A stretch of DNA of 64,000 nucleotides from Nemertoderma westbladi (taxonomy: Eukaryota > Animalia > Xenacoelomorpha): the NCBI GenBank assembly GCA_032718475.1, contig JAUCBJ010000145.1:1-64000 (forward strand), given 5' to 3'. The notes below the pieces were generated by a model. The model made no database searches. It saw only the letters and a program-made list of their open reading frames with translations, and was not told the origin of the DNA. Position 1 is the first letter of the stretch, and each line of letters starts with the position of its first letter. The position numbers were made by a program, and so were the translations under genes. Below, piece after piece: positions 1 through 12,774 of this stretch.

Positions 1-1060
1 GCAATGGTCTCCCGCTAGAGGGCCACATGTCTAAACATTAAATGCCCTCCCATTTCTTTGCTTTTAATCCGTTTAAGCTGAAACTTGGCAGATATGTATT
101 AGACCATTAGCTGTGACTTTCAAAGGAGGCGAATCCATCTGCAGTTCTCCAGTCTGCCGCTAGAGGGCCAAAGGTCTGAAAGTGAAATCGTTGTCGTCGT
201 TACGATTTTGACATGCTAATAACTTTGTCGGATTTAAAGCTGCCAAGTTGAAAATTTGTAGGTATCAATATGAGCTAAAGTTGAGATTTTTGAGAGACTT
301 TCAGACACCATCAGTGCAATGGTCTCCCGCTAGAGGGCCACATGTCTAAACATTAAATGCCCTCCCATTTCTTTGCTTTTAATCCGTTTAAGCTGAACCT
401 TGGCAGATATGTATTAGACCATTAGCTGTGACTTTCAAAGGAGGCGAATCCATCTGCAGTTCTCCAGTCTGCCGCTAGAGGGCCAAATGTCTGAAAGTGA
501 AATCGTTGTCGTCGTTATGATATTGACATGCTTATAACTTTGTCGAATTTAAAGCTGCCAAGTTGAAAATTTGTTTTGTTGAAAATCAGTTCAACAGTCA
601 CCCGCTATAGGACTACTTTATGCCTGAAAGTGAATAGATTCTCCCGTCTCATTGATTTTAATCAGTTTAAGCTGAATCTTGCCATATATTCTGGACCACA
701 TGCTGCGTCTTTGTGGGGGGGGGGGGGGGGGGGGGGGGGGAGATTTAATCGGTCTGCCGCTATACGACGAAATTTCTGAAAGTGAGATCCGTCTCTCATT
801 TCGTTATCCGTTATTCAAGATGAAACTTGGCCGATGTACGTATGTACTATTCATCCATAGGCTGTGTCTTTGTGGGGCTGGAGACCCTAATCCATCTTCA
901 GTTCTCACTATACCGCTAGAGTCAGAAATGTCTGAATAGAAATGAAAGAGGTAAAAAGTGATTAGGCGAAATCTGCTTAAAATTTGCTAATACAGTAATA
1001 CTTTCGAATTAGTACTTAAATTAAATTTAAGTCACGTGCTGCGCGAAGGCCCCACTTCGT
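1..1060. mobile_element. Helentron-associated (HINE/DINE-like) non-autonomous repeat with an internal 315-bp tandem duplication
   Basis: 1-~260 is repeated from 316. CCGCTAGAGGGCCA recurs. It ends in GTGCTGCGCGAAGGCCCCAC, the reverse complement of the family terminus GTGGGG(A/C)CTTCGCGCAGCAC seen at ~32773 and ~50077. Family name is inferred. Confidence 0.5.
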
Positions 1061-3087
1061 GTAACCCAATGCATATAATTTAGCCATTATTGCTTCACAT
1101 CGAATCGTGATGACGCAAAATGTCCCCTGTCGGTGCATTACTGGCAATTAAATATATTCCAAGAAGTACATTTTTTATTTACCCCGGATCATATGATCAC
1201 AGGGCCTGACACCCCGACCATTATTGCATTAATTGCAATTAGGTAGTGCATGTTCGTGGGGCGTCTTGTGCAACGCGAACTTGAGCAAGTTCGATTTGAT
1301 CTGGAGTCAAAAGTTCGAGAGGTATTTGCCCGTAACTTTCAAACATATTAGAACTTTTTATCTAGTATGCCCATATAAAATTTTGTTGATAATGGTTAAA
1401 ATCTTCAAAAGTTTTAACGAATGAATTTTTCATTACAGACGGACTGACAGACAGATGGACATGAAATTTTCCCCTATTTACTAATTATATATAAACGCTA
1501 AGCAAGGCTCTCCCCACAAAAACAATGTTTTACTAAAAACACACACAATCACTAGTGCCATGGCCCTCGTGGCACCCTAGTTGCATAGAAATTATAACGA
1601 TTCTGCAGTTGGTTGTACAGAGTAAAAAAACAACAATAAGAAATAATAGAAGAAGTTCTTCCCTTTCTTCATGTGATCAGATCCAGTATAATTTATTGGT
1701 GAAAAACACAGAAGTCGCTCACCGCCTACGCTAGCCGCTCAACAAGTAGAACAAGTTCTAAAAGGGCTGTGGGCTACAGCGGCCATTTGTGGTATTCTGT
1801 GGTATTGTATTATGTGGTATTCATAATGGTATTCTAGAGCATTCACGTCACACCTCCAGCTAATTTAAATAGGTATAATCATTATATTTTAAAAATTCTA
1901 TATTTCGATATTCTAAAAATTCGACCCTGCTTTCTTAAATGAGGTTTTGGGGGCGTGTTGATGAGCTTTTATAAAAGCTTTATTGGAGCTTTATTCTATA
2001 TTTTATGTATATCTATAAATATTTGTATATATCTATATTTTAACATTCCAAATTGATTAGATTCAATCTCTAGAAATTGTTTAACTAAAAAAAGCACGAT
2101 AAAGCAGTGCAGAAACGAGATTTTTCACCAACTAGCAACTATAGACATAATTGGAAACAAGTAACAGTAAAATTGTAGTAACTTTTGAAAGTGTGGAATA
2201 TTTTTTAAAACTAAGTGCAAATTGTTTCTATTTTGATGTTCTGTAGAATAACAGAAAATGTGAAAATTTTGGAATAAAAACTACGTATCTTGGCTGCAAA
2301 GTACGGGATAATTCTTTATACGTTTTCTTTGGTGAAATAAACATCAAACAGAAAGTGTTACTTTTACACAGAAGTAGGCCTATGTATACAATTTAATATG
2401 TAGAACCCATTAGAAGAAACAAACAAAATAAGGAAAATAAAAACCAGCACTATGCAGAATCCCGTTCCAAATGGAATCTACCGAACAACACGACGTTACA
2501 GGATATAAAAGAATTGCTCCACTTTAACACATTTAAAAAACAATAAACGACACATATTTTTCATTAATACAGTTTAGTTTAGTTAGAGTTATAAGTCAGA
2601 GAGGTCTGAGTCTGCATCTGAACAGTCAACTCTACCAGCCGATATATTATATTTTGTAAAACTGTAAAAATGGTAATAACAGGTGCAATATTTATTGTGT
2701 GCGCCGGCAACACGCATCCGTGTTACTGGGGATCGTCAGTGAGGAGGTATACGTACAAAGATTCTAAACCAATATGATCCTGTCATTAATCCATTTTCAA
2801 TTTTATAATCAAATGCCACTCCCAGTCCAAATTAGTGTTGCAACGGGATCGGGACCCACAATTTTCGGGATCGGCGGCTATACTCATCCAAAACCTAAAA
2901 CAGCTCTCTGCTCTGCTCTCTTTATATGTGTAAAAAAAATAAAAAATGCCTAGATATATATGTCAAAATGTCCACTAGACATTTTTTCAAAAGGGTACAC
3001 AGACGTAGTTTATTTCCCTCGTACATATTTCATTTTGCATTTACGTTTTTAATATAATTTCTGCAAGATTTTTAATATATCTACTGC
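1060..3087 (+). repeat. ~2-kb segmental duplication, copy A (truncated inside a hAT MITE)
   Basis: Near-identical to 15789-17844, from TGTAACCCAATGCAT to AATATATCTACTGC. Confidence 0.95.
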
Positions 3088-3592
3088 TATATATCTATCT
3101 AGTATATCTACTTATCGGAATCCTCATAGCATTGCAGGAGTCTCAGTATCTGCTTATTGGTTTCTTTATGCTCATGATAACTGATCTTCTCCTTCAGAAA
3201 CCTGTCGGATATCTTGTATTTGGGAAGATCTTTAACAACATGGACCTGAGCAGATGTCAGTGGAGCGGTATCACTAGTGGTCTTTGTCCTGGAGTAGTGA
3301 TGGTGAAAACATCGCTTTAAATATGTAACGGCCTTACAGAGCCGATTCCAGGAACTATAGTGATGTATCGCTCTCTGCAGGAGAGGTGAGAGTCCTTGCG
3401 AGACGTCTGGTGTTCCAGATTTCCAATCTCTCTCTCTGATTTCCACAACAGACTTATTTGTGGCGGGGGGTTTTGGATCCAAAGCGTCGTCTCCGGAAGT
3501 GTGTAGTACAGACAGATCTATCACGGGTTTAAATAACTTCGATTTACTCGCCCGGGTTTTAGGTTTGACTTTCTCCTAGGTTTCTTTTCCTA

Positions 3593-4857
3593 CTAGGTTT
3601 CTTGTCTAATCTCCGCCGTAGTAAGATTAGGAGGCCATTCATCCTCTTCCTTGCTTAGGAAGTCGGGTCCACCTAACCAGTCTGGAGTATCTATCAGTTC
3701 TTGTGGAGTTGCTCCCCTGGAGGCGATGTTGGCTGGATTAATCGTCCCGGGGCAATGTCTCCATTGATCTATCTTCGTGCGACTAAGTATAATGGCTACT
3801 CTGTTAGTAAAGAAGACACTGAACTGACAGACTTCATTGGTTATATACTCCAACACGAGTAAAGCATCAGTCCAATAGACAGTTTTCTCCAGTGGATAGT
3901 CGATCTGTTCTGTTACATTCCGGCCGATGGCTGTAGCGTATAGAGCCGCTTTTAACTCCGCTCGAGGAACTTTCAACTTGTTGTTTATCAATGCCTTAGA
4001 GGTAACCAAGGCGACCTTGATTCCATCCGGAGTTTCAACTCTCAGGTAGGCTACTATACCTATTCCCATATCGCTGGCGTCTCCAAACACATGGAGTTCA
4101 TAGGAATACGTAGGGAGAACATGACCAAAATATGAACGGGAGATTAGAAAGTTCTCGATGGATGGTAGAGAATCCTCCCATTTCATCCACTTCTTTAATA
4201 GTTCTCCCTTAAGTGGAACGTCCCATGAGTGGTTTTCAAGCCACATTTGTTGTACTAAACTCCGAGCAATCAATATAACTGGGCTAATAAATCCCAATGG
4301 ATCGAAATAAGTGCTCAGGATACTTAGACAAATCCGTTTAGTCCGAACTGGATTATCTCGCTGTTTTAGCTGGAAAAACAGGATATCTCTCTCTGTGTCC
4401 CATTTCAAACCAAGCGTCTTGGTTTCTGGAAGATCGTCCTTGATTAGGTCTAGATCTTTAACTCCTCGGTCTTCTACCGGGATCGATTCCAGAAACTCAC
4501 GGGAGTTGCTGGTGAATTTAGTTAATCAAAATCCACCTCTTTTCAAGCACTCTACCGTTCCTTTGGCGACATCAATGGCTTCTTCCACCGATGGGAGGGA
4601 CTTTAAATTGTCGTCCATGTATATATCCCGTTTGATGTTGTCGATAACCTCTTTGGAGAAGGCGTCCCGGTTGTCATCAGCAGTGGTACGCACTACTGAG
4701 CAGGCGTTTGAAGGGCTCGAGATGATCCCAAAAGCCTGGATGGTCATCCAGTACTCCATCGGTTTCTGGTTGAGGTCTCCTTCAGGCCACCACAGAAATC
4801 GTAGGCTGTCTCGATCTCTATCCAGCGCCTTAACTTGTAAGAACATGCCTTCTATCG
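3593..4857 (-). pseudogene. BEL/Pao pol fragment: RT C-terminal half and RNase H (disrupted near 4520)
   Basis: ORFs 4526-4891 and 3593-4408 carry YMDD and the Pao RNase H motifs. Confidence 0.9.
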
Positions 4858-6175
4858 CTTGCGTCCTTCTGGGCTCCTCCCCGAGGCGCACCCATGAGGC
4901 GGACGCTGTCCTACTACCCTTGGGGCCAGTCCGACTCCGTTTTTATCAGACCGGGCCGGAGGGTAGCCCGATGCTTCCCGAGTTCAATTTTCGATCCCCC
5001 GATCACACTGGCACAGCTCGTCGCACGTGTAGCCAGATGGTCGGCTACTGTCAACTTACTGTGGCCTGACTGTACATTGAGCCAACTCAGAGACTCAACC
5101 GGCGGGTGGACCAGTCGATAGCGATCGAGCATCAAGGTCGCCCTTGAGCCAAACCGACGGTCTTGTCCCAAGTAGGCTTGTGCTACCCAACATGGAATTT
5201 TGACACGTTTTCACCCGCCTCGCCGGCAGTATTGAGGGGAAGTCGGTTCCGCAAACAATACTGACTAGCTCGAAAGCTAGGAACAAGTAACCACTTACCA
5301 GTCACTGTACACGTGTACTCAACAGATGCTCACGAAATCAAGTACACAACGGTAAACACAAAATCAGACACATACCATGCACACACAGAGGACATAATCG
5401 GGAAAGACAAATCGGTGACAAAATCAGAGGGGACAAAATCGTATCGACTGATAAAAGAGTCGAGAGTACCTTATTTTGCCGTCAGGGCAAAATAACTTTG
5501 TGTGCACAAAGTATGCTGGGGCGCAGTAAAATATGGTCCTACTAATACCAGCGGCGTCTGGACCAACTGGCAAGGGTTCCCATACTCACTCGCAGTGGCC
5601 ACACATACAATCACGTGTACTCACATACCCACAACAACAGAAAGCTCAAGCAAACTGCCACTGATCGTCCACACACAAACCACAGATTCCAAAGTATCGT
5701 TCACTCGGACCACACTACAACACTACCCCCTCCTTGCAGCGGATATTCCAGGTGCTACCTCCATTCCAATAGTAGTACCAACAGAATCATCAGAATCCTG
5801 CCCATTCGATGCAACACCTCCATTCCAATAGTGCTACCCTGGGAAAAGACACGTTTCGGCGGCCGATCGGAGACAGCAAAGAGTCTGCTCAACTCATACA
5901 TACCAAACATAGACATACCACAATGACCACATAAACCACAGATCACACTAAGCCACCACCCCTACTGTGTACAGGACTGGCAGTACGGCAACAGGCCGAC
6001 TAGACGGTACCACAGCACCATGTTAATTCATGGTTCGCTAGACACGAGGGCCTTCAGTATCTCCCTTGCACTTACGGGACGATTTAACGTGCCCCCAGAC
6101 CCTCACGAGTCCGCCGCCGCCTGTTGTCGACACCCCTATAGAGACCTCACCTCTTTGGGTATCGACTTGTCCCGC
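4858..6175. other. Unidentified GC-richer segment replacing the N-terminal part of the BEL RT
   Basis: BEL-like sequence stops after ...QVNLCHLIR (~6180) and resumes abruptly at (D)IEGMFLQV (~4857). The intervening DNA has no RT motifs. Confidence 0.6.
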
Positions 6176-9100
6176 TGGACGAATGAGGTGACATAGGTTC
6201 ACTTGGTTTTGCCAAGTTTCATTTTCCGTAAGGAGGTCGATGGTATTCTCCTCGTCGAAGAGTTGGTGGATATCGTCATTATCTGAGGAGTATGGTGTTC
6301 CCTCAGTTGGGTCGTCTCCCTCACTGATCTCATCTTCCCATTCACTCACCTGGTAGACTCGTTCTTTGGGTTGCCCTTCCATGAGAGTTCTACGGGAAGG
6401 GCCAGTAAAGTACCAACCTACTCTAGTTCTTCCCGCATAGGTTTGTAGTGGTTGTGGTTGAGCAGGCCGTTTCTCCAATGTCTCAAGCGCCTCATGCGAA
6501 TTTTGGCCGATGAGTATTTGCACTCCAGGGTAGTCTGTGTTGAATCTAGGTATCTTATGCTGCTGGGTGAAATCATCCTCATCCCAGTTATAAGGTTCCA
6601 CTTGGCTGGTAGCGAAGTTCTTTATCGCCACCATTTTTACTGACCTTATACTGTGTTCTCCTAGTTCATCCTGGGGGGTGGACAACGCGCCTACATAGTA
6701 ATCTGTAGTTACTGTAGATTTCCAAACCTGCATAATTCCTGACATGTTCAACTTAGTTCGGAACTTGGGTTGTCCAGCAAAGATGTCTTCGGCTAGTTCT
6801 TTGTCGATGAATGTTCCTGTGCTGCCGGAGTCAAGGAGGGCGTTCACTATATAACTCTTTTCTGGCCCATGGACTCTCAACTGCACTACGGGAAATTCTC
6901 GGATTCCTACGTTGGAAGTTGGTGCTTTCCAAGATGGTTGTCGGTCAGGAGTAGTTAGGGGGAGCTCACTATCGGTTTCTTTCTCATACGTAAGTGCTCG
7001 ATACACTGCGGTATTTATTAGGTAACAGGATTCGTTTTCGTCGGAGAATTCATCCGTATAGAATCCTTCCATCTCAGAACTTTGGTCAGTGTCATTCACA
7101 TCACTGAATTGGACATGTAGTTCGGGCTCGCTTACCTGACTCGGGTTGTTTCTTTCGAATTCAGTGTGCAACAAGATATGATGTTTCGCGCCGCACTTAG
7201 CACACCTTGCGTCGGAGTAACAGGTTCGCCGTTGGTGTCCTTGTCTGAGGCAATTATAACACAACCGCTTATCCCACATGACTTCACGTCTTTCCTTTAG
7301 TGATTTCTTTAAAAATTCATCACACAAACATAAACGGTGGGGCCGTCACACAGCACACATTTTGGTTTGATGTTACTTACCTTACTTTGGGTAACGTTGT
7401 GCACACTCGTTCTTTCCTCAGGCTTTCTTCCATGAATTCTCTTAGGAGACGTAGGAGGAGTTTTTCTTACCTGTTCTCTCCTGTCACTGGTTCGAGACTT
7501 GAATTTACTTACGTCTTTAGGCGTTTTGTTGACATAGTAAGATCTTTCAGTGTCTTTCCCGCTGTCCTCCTCTTGAGAGGCCTGGCTTTCGCCGTCGTCT
7601 GTATAACACACTGGTGTTACCTTTCTCCTAGAAACGGGTTTCTCACTTACCTTATTTTCCGGTGTCTTCTCCCTGGACTGCTTTAGGAGCTGTAATTTTA
7701 CCTCTCCATCTAAGAATGACATGAGATCAGCCATGGTAGGGTCTCTTCGTTGTTGTTCCATCATATATAAGACTTTCTTGTCCCAGCGTGTACCTACTCC
7801 ACCCTTTGGTAAAGTGTAGGCCACGGCTCCAATAACCATAGAACTCTGATATTCATGAGACTTACCTAGCCAATCTAATTGTCTACAGATCTCCTGAATC
7901 TCATCGGAAAACTCTATAATCCCGCTGCTAATGAACTTTCGGGGCACTACTAATTTTGCATACAAATACCTAGCTATGTTATTCCTATTACCATACCTGA
8001 TGTTTAGTGTATTCCAAACTTGTCTTAATCCATCTGGATGTCCAATAAACTTTAACGCCATTAACTTGGGAGATCCTTCCAAGCACTCGATGAGGAATCT
8101 AAGTTTCTCTCCGTTAGTTAGCACAGAATTCTGTATGTTATCTTTATAATATTCATTAAAAGGTAACTCATCTCATTTCATCTCATCTCCATTGAACTTG
8201 ACGATCTCTCCCACCTTTACCGCTTGACGGGCTTCGGTTCTAGCCATTTGACGCGTAAAACTTTCTTGGGCCATCATGTTATTTAATATCGAGTTATCGG
8301 TATATAAATTTCTCGGATTATGATCAGGTCTATATGGAATATCATTGTCAACAGGTTTATAATTACCCTTAATAGGGTTTACTATAGGAGTTTCTACTTC
8401 ACTAGCAGTATAGATGCGTGTAGGCTCCACACCTTGTGCATGAAATACTTCAGACCTAACAGGTTGGCACATTGTTACAGGGGGTGGTGGTATACCCTTT
8501 TGTATATTTACTAATTTATCACGTTCTAACACGATATTCTGCTGCACTACTTGCAACTCTAACCTACTTTCCCTTACTGTTCCCTTGAACTGTTGAACAG
8601 TCTCCTGCATCTGTCCGAGCAGGAGATTCATCCCCCGCCGCCCCTCATCCACCCACTCGACCGCCGAAGCGGGAGCTGCCAACATAGTAGCGGGTAGACG
8701 AGGGACAACGGGCGACAAATCGTTGATATCTCGCTCGGAGTCCAGGACAGGAACTGTCTCAGGGGCTGTTCTGCTGGGCACAGGTAGTTTAGTGCTGTGC
8801 AAAGGGAATTTAGAGTTGGGTTCTGGAAGTACAGGGGTCTCTATCACAGAGGGGGTGGCTTCGAGAACAGGCCTAATTATTTCAGGCTCATCTACTATAG
8901 TAGGGAGTCTTTTTACTCTAATAATTTGGTCTGTGGGTTCTGTACTACCTAAGTCCGTGCTAGCTAGTTGCCTTCTCACAGCTGGGGGCAAATCAGGCAA
9001 TTTCTGACGGTGGGGCATTCTTCTACGCCTGCTTAGACGAGATCTATTTCCTCCGCCTTCAGGATCGGTGGTATCGCCTTCATTAGATGATGTAAATCCC

Positions 9101-9935
9101 TGCCTTTTGGGAGTAGATCGACTTATCATCTGCATCTGACTAGCGGTTAACTGTTTATTTATGTAGTCTTGCTTCTCTTGAAGATTTTCCAACTCTAGTT
9201 GGGTGGTCTCTTCAGATGCTCTCCGTTCTGCTTCTGCCACTGCCTCTGCCGCTTTTCTTTCCGCTTCTGCCGCTGCCACTGCCGCTTTTCTTTCCACTTC
9301 TACCGCCTTTCTTTCCGCTTCTGCCTCTGCCGCTGCCGCTGCCGCTGCCGCTGCCGCTGCCGCTGCCGCTGCCGCTGCCGCTGCCGCTGCCGCTGCCGCT
9401 GCCGCTGCCGCTGCCGCTGCCGCTGCCGCTGCCGCTGCCGCTGCCGCTTTTCTTTCAACTTCTGCTGCTGCCGCTGCTGCTGTCTTTCTGTCTTCTATAC
9501 GTTTTTTCTTTACCTGTTCTTCTTGGACCCTAGCGATGCGGATGCTTTCATCAAATTTAGCTTGATTCGCAGCTAACATTTCCGCATCTATTGCGTCCAA
9601 CACAAGCTTGGCTCCTTCACTATTAGGGCGAAGTCCAGCCAGCCGTCTCCTCAACTCTTCGTCACCTATAAATCGTTGATAGTCCGACAGATAGATGTCA
9701 ATAGCGTCCTTCTTCTGCGGTTTCTCTGCTGTCGCTTCGCTTTCCACTTGAGAAAAGGTAGCGTCTGTTGATTCTCCATGGGTTGAGCGCTCAGCCAGCT
9801 GAGATTTCCACTGGGCCGTTCTTTGAACCTTGAGACCCACCCGCTGGAACCAAGTCTTTACGGCAACTTGCAACGACGTGTCTTGTCTTCTTTTCGAAGC
9901 TTCCTCAAAGGCCGATAGGATTAGTCTGATTCTGT
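6176..9935 (-). pseudogene. BEL/Pao gag-protease, split by frameshifts near 8170 and 7325
   Basis: ORFs 8173-9969, 7309-8124 and 6038-7327 are colinear pieces. There is a short ATGAGATGA duplication at ~8167-8188, and the CVLCDGP/CDEF knuckle is split between frames. Confidence 0.88.
9325..9447. repeat. (GCCGCT)n hexanucleotide run encoding poly-Ala in gag
   Basis: About 20 perfect units, in frame in ORF 8173-9969. Confidence 0.95.
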
Positions 9936-10084
9936 GTATATATGTGTATGATATACACATGTTATACATTCCCCCAAAATAAATAAGATAAAAAGAAGGA
10001 AAAATATTTTTGTATCAGAGCTCAATTATTTTTATTATTATTGTTTTGGTTTGAATAATTGAATCGTTTTGGTGTTATGCTCCT

Positions 10085-10425
10085 CATGAATCCATGTGGT
10101 GCGTTTATATTCGCCATGAATCCATGTGGTGCCTTTTATATTGCCATGGATCATGTGGTGCCTTTTATATTTGCCATGAATCCATGCGGTGCCTTATATA
10201 TTTGCTATGAATCCATGCGGTGCCTTTTATATTGCCATGGATCATGTGGTGCCTTTTATATTTGCCATGAATCCATGTGGTGCCTTTTATATTGCCATGG
10301 ATCATGTGGTGCCTTTTATATTTGCCATGAATCCATGTGGTGCCTTTTAAATTTGCCATGAATCCATGTGGTGCCTTTTATATTTGCTATGAATTCATGC
10401 GGTGCCTTTCATATTTGCCATAAAC
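10085..10425. repeat. ~30-bp minisatellite
   Basis: GCCATGAATCCATGTGGTGCCTTTTATATTT, about 11 copies in two variants. Confidence 0.95.
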
Positions 10426-12774
10426 CTTTTATTATCAATACACATGGATTTCTAGCAGTATAGAAGGTTTAGTTTGTAGGCCTACTGTATTGACAATTGA
10501 CGTTAAAAATATATTTTATATAAAAAGGTGAATAAACATAAATAAACAAGGGACTTGAACGAAAAAATTTCACTTTCATTCAATTATATAAGTGATTTTG
10601 GAACATTGTCAACTTACCAGCGTCACAGTCAGAATTTTGTTTCAAAAATGTTTAGAATTAATAATATTTGTAAAGATAAAGATACACTAGATTTCATTGC
10701 AACCAATTTCCGTTAGGAATTATTCTTTCCTACCGACCAACTTGCGCCACTAGTAATAGGCCTACAGCAGTAATTTGAAAGATTGCGAAATTGAAAAATG
10801 TCATTCTGAGATAATTCCCTTCCCGCTTGAAAGCTGATGTTTGAACTTTCCCGATCAAAACTGAGTGTCTGGCACAAAAGCAGCCGCATACCACCAAACT
10901 GAAATTTCCATTACGGGTCGTACGTAAGTCACTGATTTCATTTCCGACGTTTGTGTCGTTAGTACGGACATACAGACTGACAGAAAGTCGGCGATAACCC
11001 CCCCCCCCCCCCCCCCCACAATACTTTCACAGTGGTTATTTGCCATCTGAGTGGGGTGAACCTAGAGATGGGCAGACTACTGAGAAATGATTATTGGGGT
11101 TTTGTAGTACTAATGTGGTACAGTACATACCTACCCGTAGGCCCAGTTAATTTTGTTAAGTACAATGTCAATCTCCAACGAGACCCTATACAGCAGTGGG
11201 GGTACTGTACCTCATTAGTCGACCCAAACTGGACACTTGAACAGTGCCGCCTCCGATTTGCAGGACATTTGCGGGGGGGTATCACTAATTGACTATAAAT
11301 TTTCATCCCCTTATTTAGGAGACTGCATTTGAAAAATTTTCGAAATTTTAAATTTTTACCTAATTACAGTAACATAATTTATACAATTATTTTTTGTAAT
11401 GCATAAGCTCTTAGAGGTATAATAGGCATGGTCATCAAGTGCCCAAAATTTCATCATTTGTGCACAATGGCATCTTCAAACGACCCTATGACCAGAATTT
11501 TGATAAATGCTCATGTTTAAAAATTATTGAAAAAAAAAACGATTTCTTGCCAGATTTTGACATTTTCGACCAAAAATAAACACATTTTGTTAAATATTTC
11601 AGCTACAACAAAGACCATTTAAAAATGTGGTCATAGGGGGTGTTAAGCATCACCCAGTGATCATTCATGCCAAATTTCACACGAATTCGTTCATTTTTGG
11701 AGAAGCCTTTAAATATTTAAATCTTATACTGTATTAACATTCTTCAGAAAACGCATTTAAAATTTTAGGGTAATTTAATTAAACCTGTCCATTGAAATGT
11801 TAGAATATAAACACAACCCAGCTGAAAATTTTGTTATAAGGGTTTTCCGGGATGGTAATCTCATTTCTTTCTCTCATTTGACATCGTCATGTCTGTCGGA
11901 ATTTCTGTTTGTCTGTCCGTCAAAACATAACCAATCGTTGAACCGAACCGACCACAATGTGGATGACGTCAAACATGAAAACTGACATCGGAAATAAATT
12001 CACCAACGATGAAAACCACTAGAATAAAATTTTTAGCTAGTTGGTATGCCTTCTTATTACTTTGACTGACAGATCGCTGGACAGACAGAAAGACCGACAG
12101 AGCGACATACATACATAGTAGGTTTGGTTAAAAGTGGAAACTGACTTCGAAAATGAAATCACCGACCGGGAAAACCCCCCATAACAAAACTTCTAACTAG
12201 AAAGAAGGCTTTTGTTTCATTTTGACATTGAAAATGAAAAACCGATTTATTTTCGGAATTAGTGACCCCCCCCCCCCCCCCCCTTCCCCTTCCCCCCTAT
12301 TATTCATATCAATTTATTTGTTGATAAAAGAATCCCATCCCTGACCAAACTTCAATAAATGACGGTATTTTGTAACAAAAAGTAATATAAATAACTTAAT
12401 AATGAAGCGGGAGGATGGTGCTCTAGACGGGAAACCGACCCAAAACCTGAGGGTAAAAACGTTTCGTTCCAAAATCGTTATATTTCGTACCGAAAAACTA
12501 AAACGTTATTATGTAGGGTTTTTGTGACGTTTTGGAAGCCAGTTTTCCGTCTGAAAAAAGTTGGACAAAACGTCCCAAAATTGGCTTAGCGAAGGAATTA
12601 GAATTGGCTTAGGAATTGTAATTTTTGATTACGTTACATCAGGTAAAATATGCGCCAGAATTAAAAACATGGAATAGAAACAGTAAGGGATGGTACAGCA
12701 GCAACAACAAAAAACAGACAACTAAAAGAAAAACTACTTTGAACAATTGGAAACTGAATTAGGTAGTACTATTA

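Larger units (their letters stand above)
3108..9935 (-). mobile_element. Decayed BEL/Pao LTR retrotransposon internal region (gag-PR-RT-RNase H; no integrase or LTRs seen)
   Basis: Domain order and motifs: EKLRFLIECLEG (DUF1759-like), CYNCLRQGHQRRTC and CAKCGAKHHILLH knuckles, ALLDSGS protease, IEGMFLQV...LRFLW...YMDD RT, FDPLGFISP, LHVFGDAS, PRAELKAA, YWTDA, NPANIASRG. Several frameshifts. Confidence 0.95.

Noticed and set aside
4311-5069. 252-aa plus-strand ORF, and similar shadow ORFs at 9199-9576, 22010-22627 and 43038-44283
   Set aside because: They are antisense or alternate frames of recognised coding regions or simple repeats.
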